Assembly (NCBI GenBank): GCA_030141605.1
Contig: JAQGDQ010000819.1
Coordinates: 27,969 to 91,968 of the forward strand
Source: Tubiluchus corallicola
Lineage: Eukaryota > Animalia > Priapulida
DNA: 64,000 nt
Direction: 5' to 3'
Both the position numbers and the translations under genes were made by a program. A model generated the notes under the pieces. The model did no database searches. It worked only from the letters and a program-made list of their open reading frames with translations, and was not told where the DNA came from. Positions 63,489 through 64,000 of this stretch are shown piece by piece (positions within the stretch are counted from its first letter, which is position 1; every line of letters starts with the position of its first letter).

Positions 63489-63984
63489 TTTCTTTCTAGA
63501 ATGAGGACAAAATTTGAAAAGGTAGAAATTCAGCATGTTGAAGATAGAAATACACGAATGAAAGATGTTAGTACGATGATGTTATGACGATTATCAAGTC
63601 ATGATAATATTTCCAAAGCATAAATATAGCTAAAATAAGAATAAAATAAAAAATAAAAAGAGGTAGAATTAATTGCCAATTATATTATATATTTTTATAG
63701 AGATGAAATGACAGTTGTGAGAATTCGAATGTATATACGGTGAATTAATATTGGTATATATACATTATACATCCACACATTCAAAGCGATCATTCAGCAT
63801 ATGTGTGATTTAAGATTTTTCTTTACTTTATGAATTGACACAGAAGTTTTGATGTATGCAGGTAATTTATTCCAAGTTATAGGGTCACTAGTGGAAATAA
63901 AGTATTTATCAGCATTAGCAATACCGTGAGATACAACAACAAGCAAAATACGAGGAAAAAGTAAATGACTCACAGCTAAAGTAC
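60563..63984 (-). pseudogene. Inverted, 5'-truncated duplicate of the SLC25A10 3' half (last 11 nt of exon 7, exons 8-9, introns, 3'UTR)
   Basis: Reverse complement of 55246-58575. Exon 8 copy at 62758-62621, exon 9 copy at 61066-60965. Homology stops inside exon 7 at 63984. Confidence 0.85.
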
Positions 63985-64000
63985 AATCTGGATTGGTATT

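Overview
AT-rich, intron-rich eukaryotic DNA, most likely an invertebrate animal (inferred from gene content and repeat types; the species cannot be determined). No prokaryotic features and no CRISPR array. Four spliced genes can be reconstructed by hand with GT-AG junctions and consistent phases: two tandem SLC26 (prestin/pendrin-family) anion transporter paralogs on + (485-11099 and 20054-26717), the ribosome-biogenesis gene UTP3/SAS10 on - (27660 to at least 41886), and the mitochondrial dicarboxylate carrier SLC25A10 on + (48225-58172). The 3' half of SLC25A10 is repeated as a ~3.4 kb inverted, 5'-truncated copy (60563-63984). Introns and spacers hold MITEs with hAT, Tc1/pogo, piggyBac, Kolobok and Harbinger-like ends, LINE fragments, solo-LTR-like repeats, tRNA- and 5S-derived SINEs, and many unrelated minisatellites. 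Nearly all ORF-track entries outside the exons are artefacts of repeats or antisense frames. The most notable signals are the SLC25A10 inverted-repeat structure with a template-switch-like breakpoint, a 5S rRNA-headed RTE-type SINE inside a 54-bp direct repeat, and a homogenised tract between the SLC26 paralogs that keeps one Ala/Cys difference beside the anion-binding motif. I see no firm evidence for a wholly new protein system.
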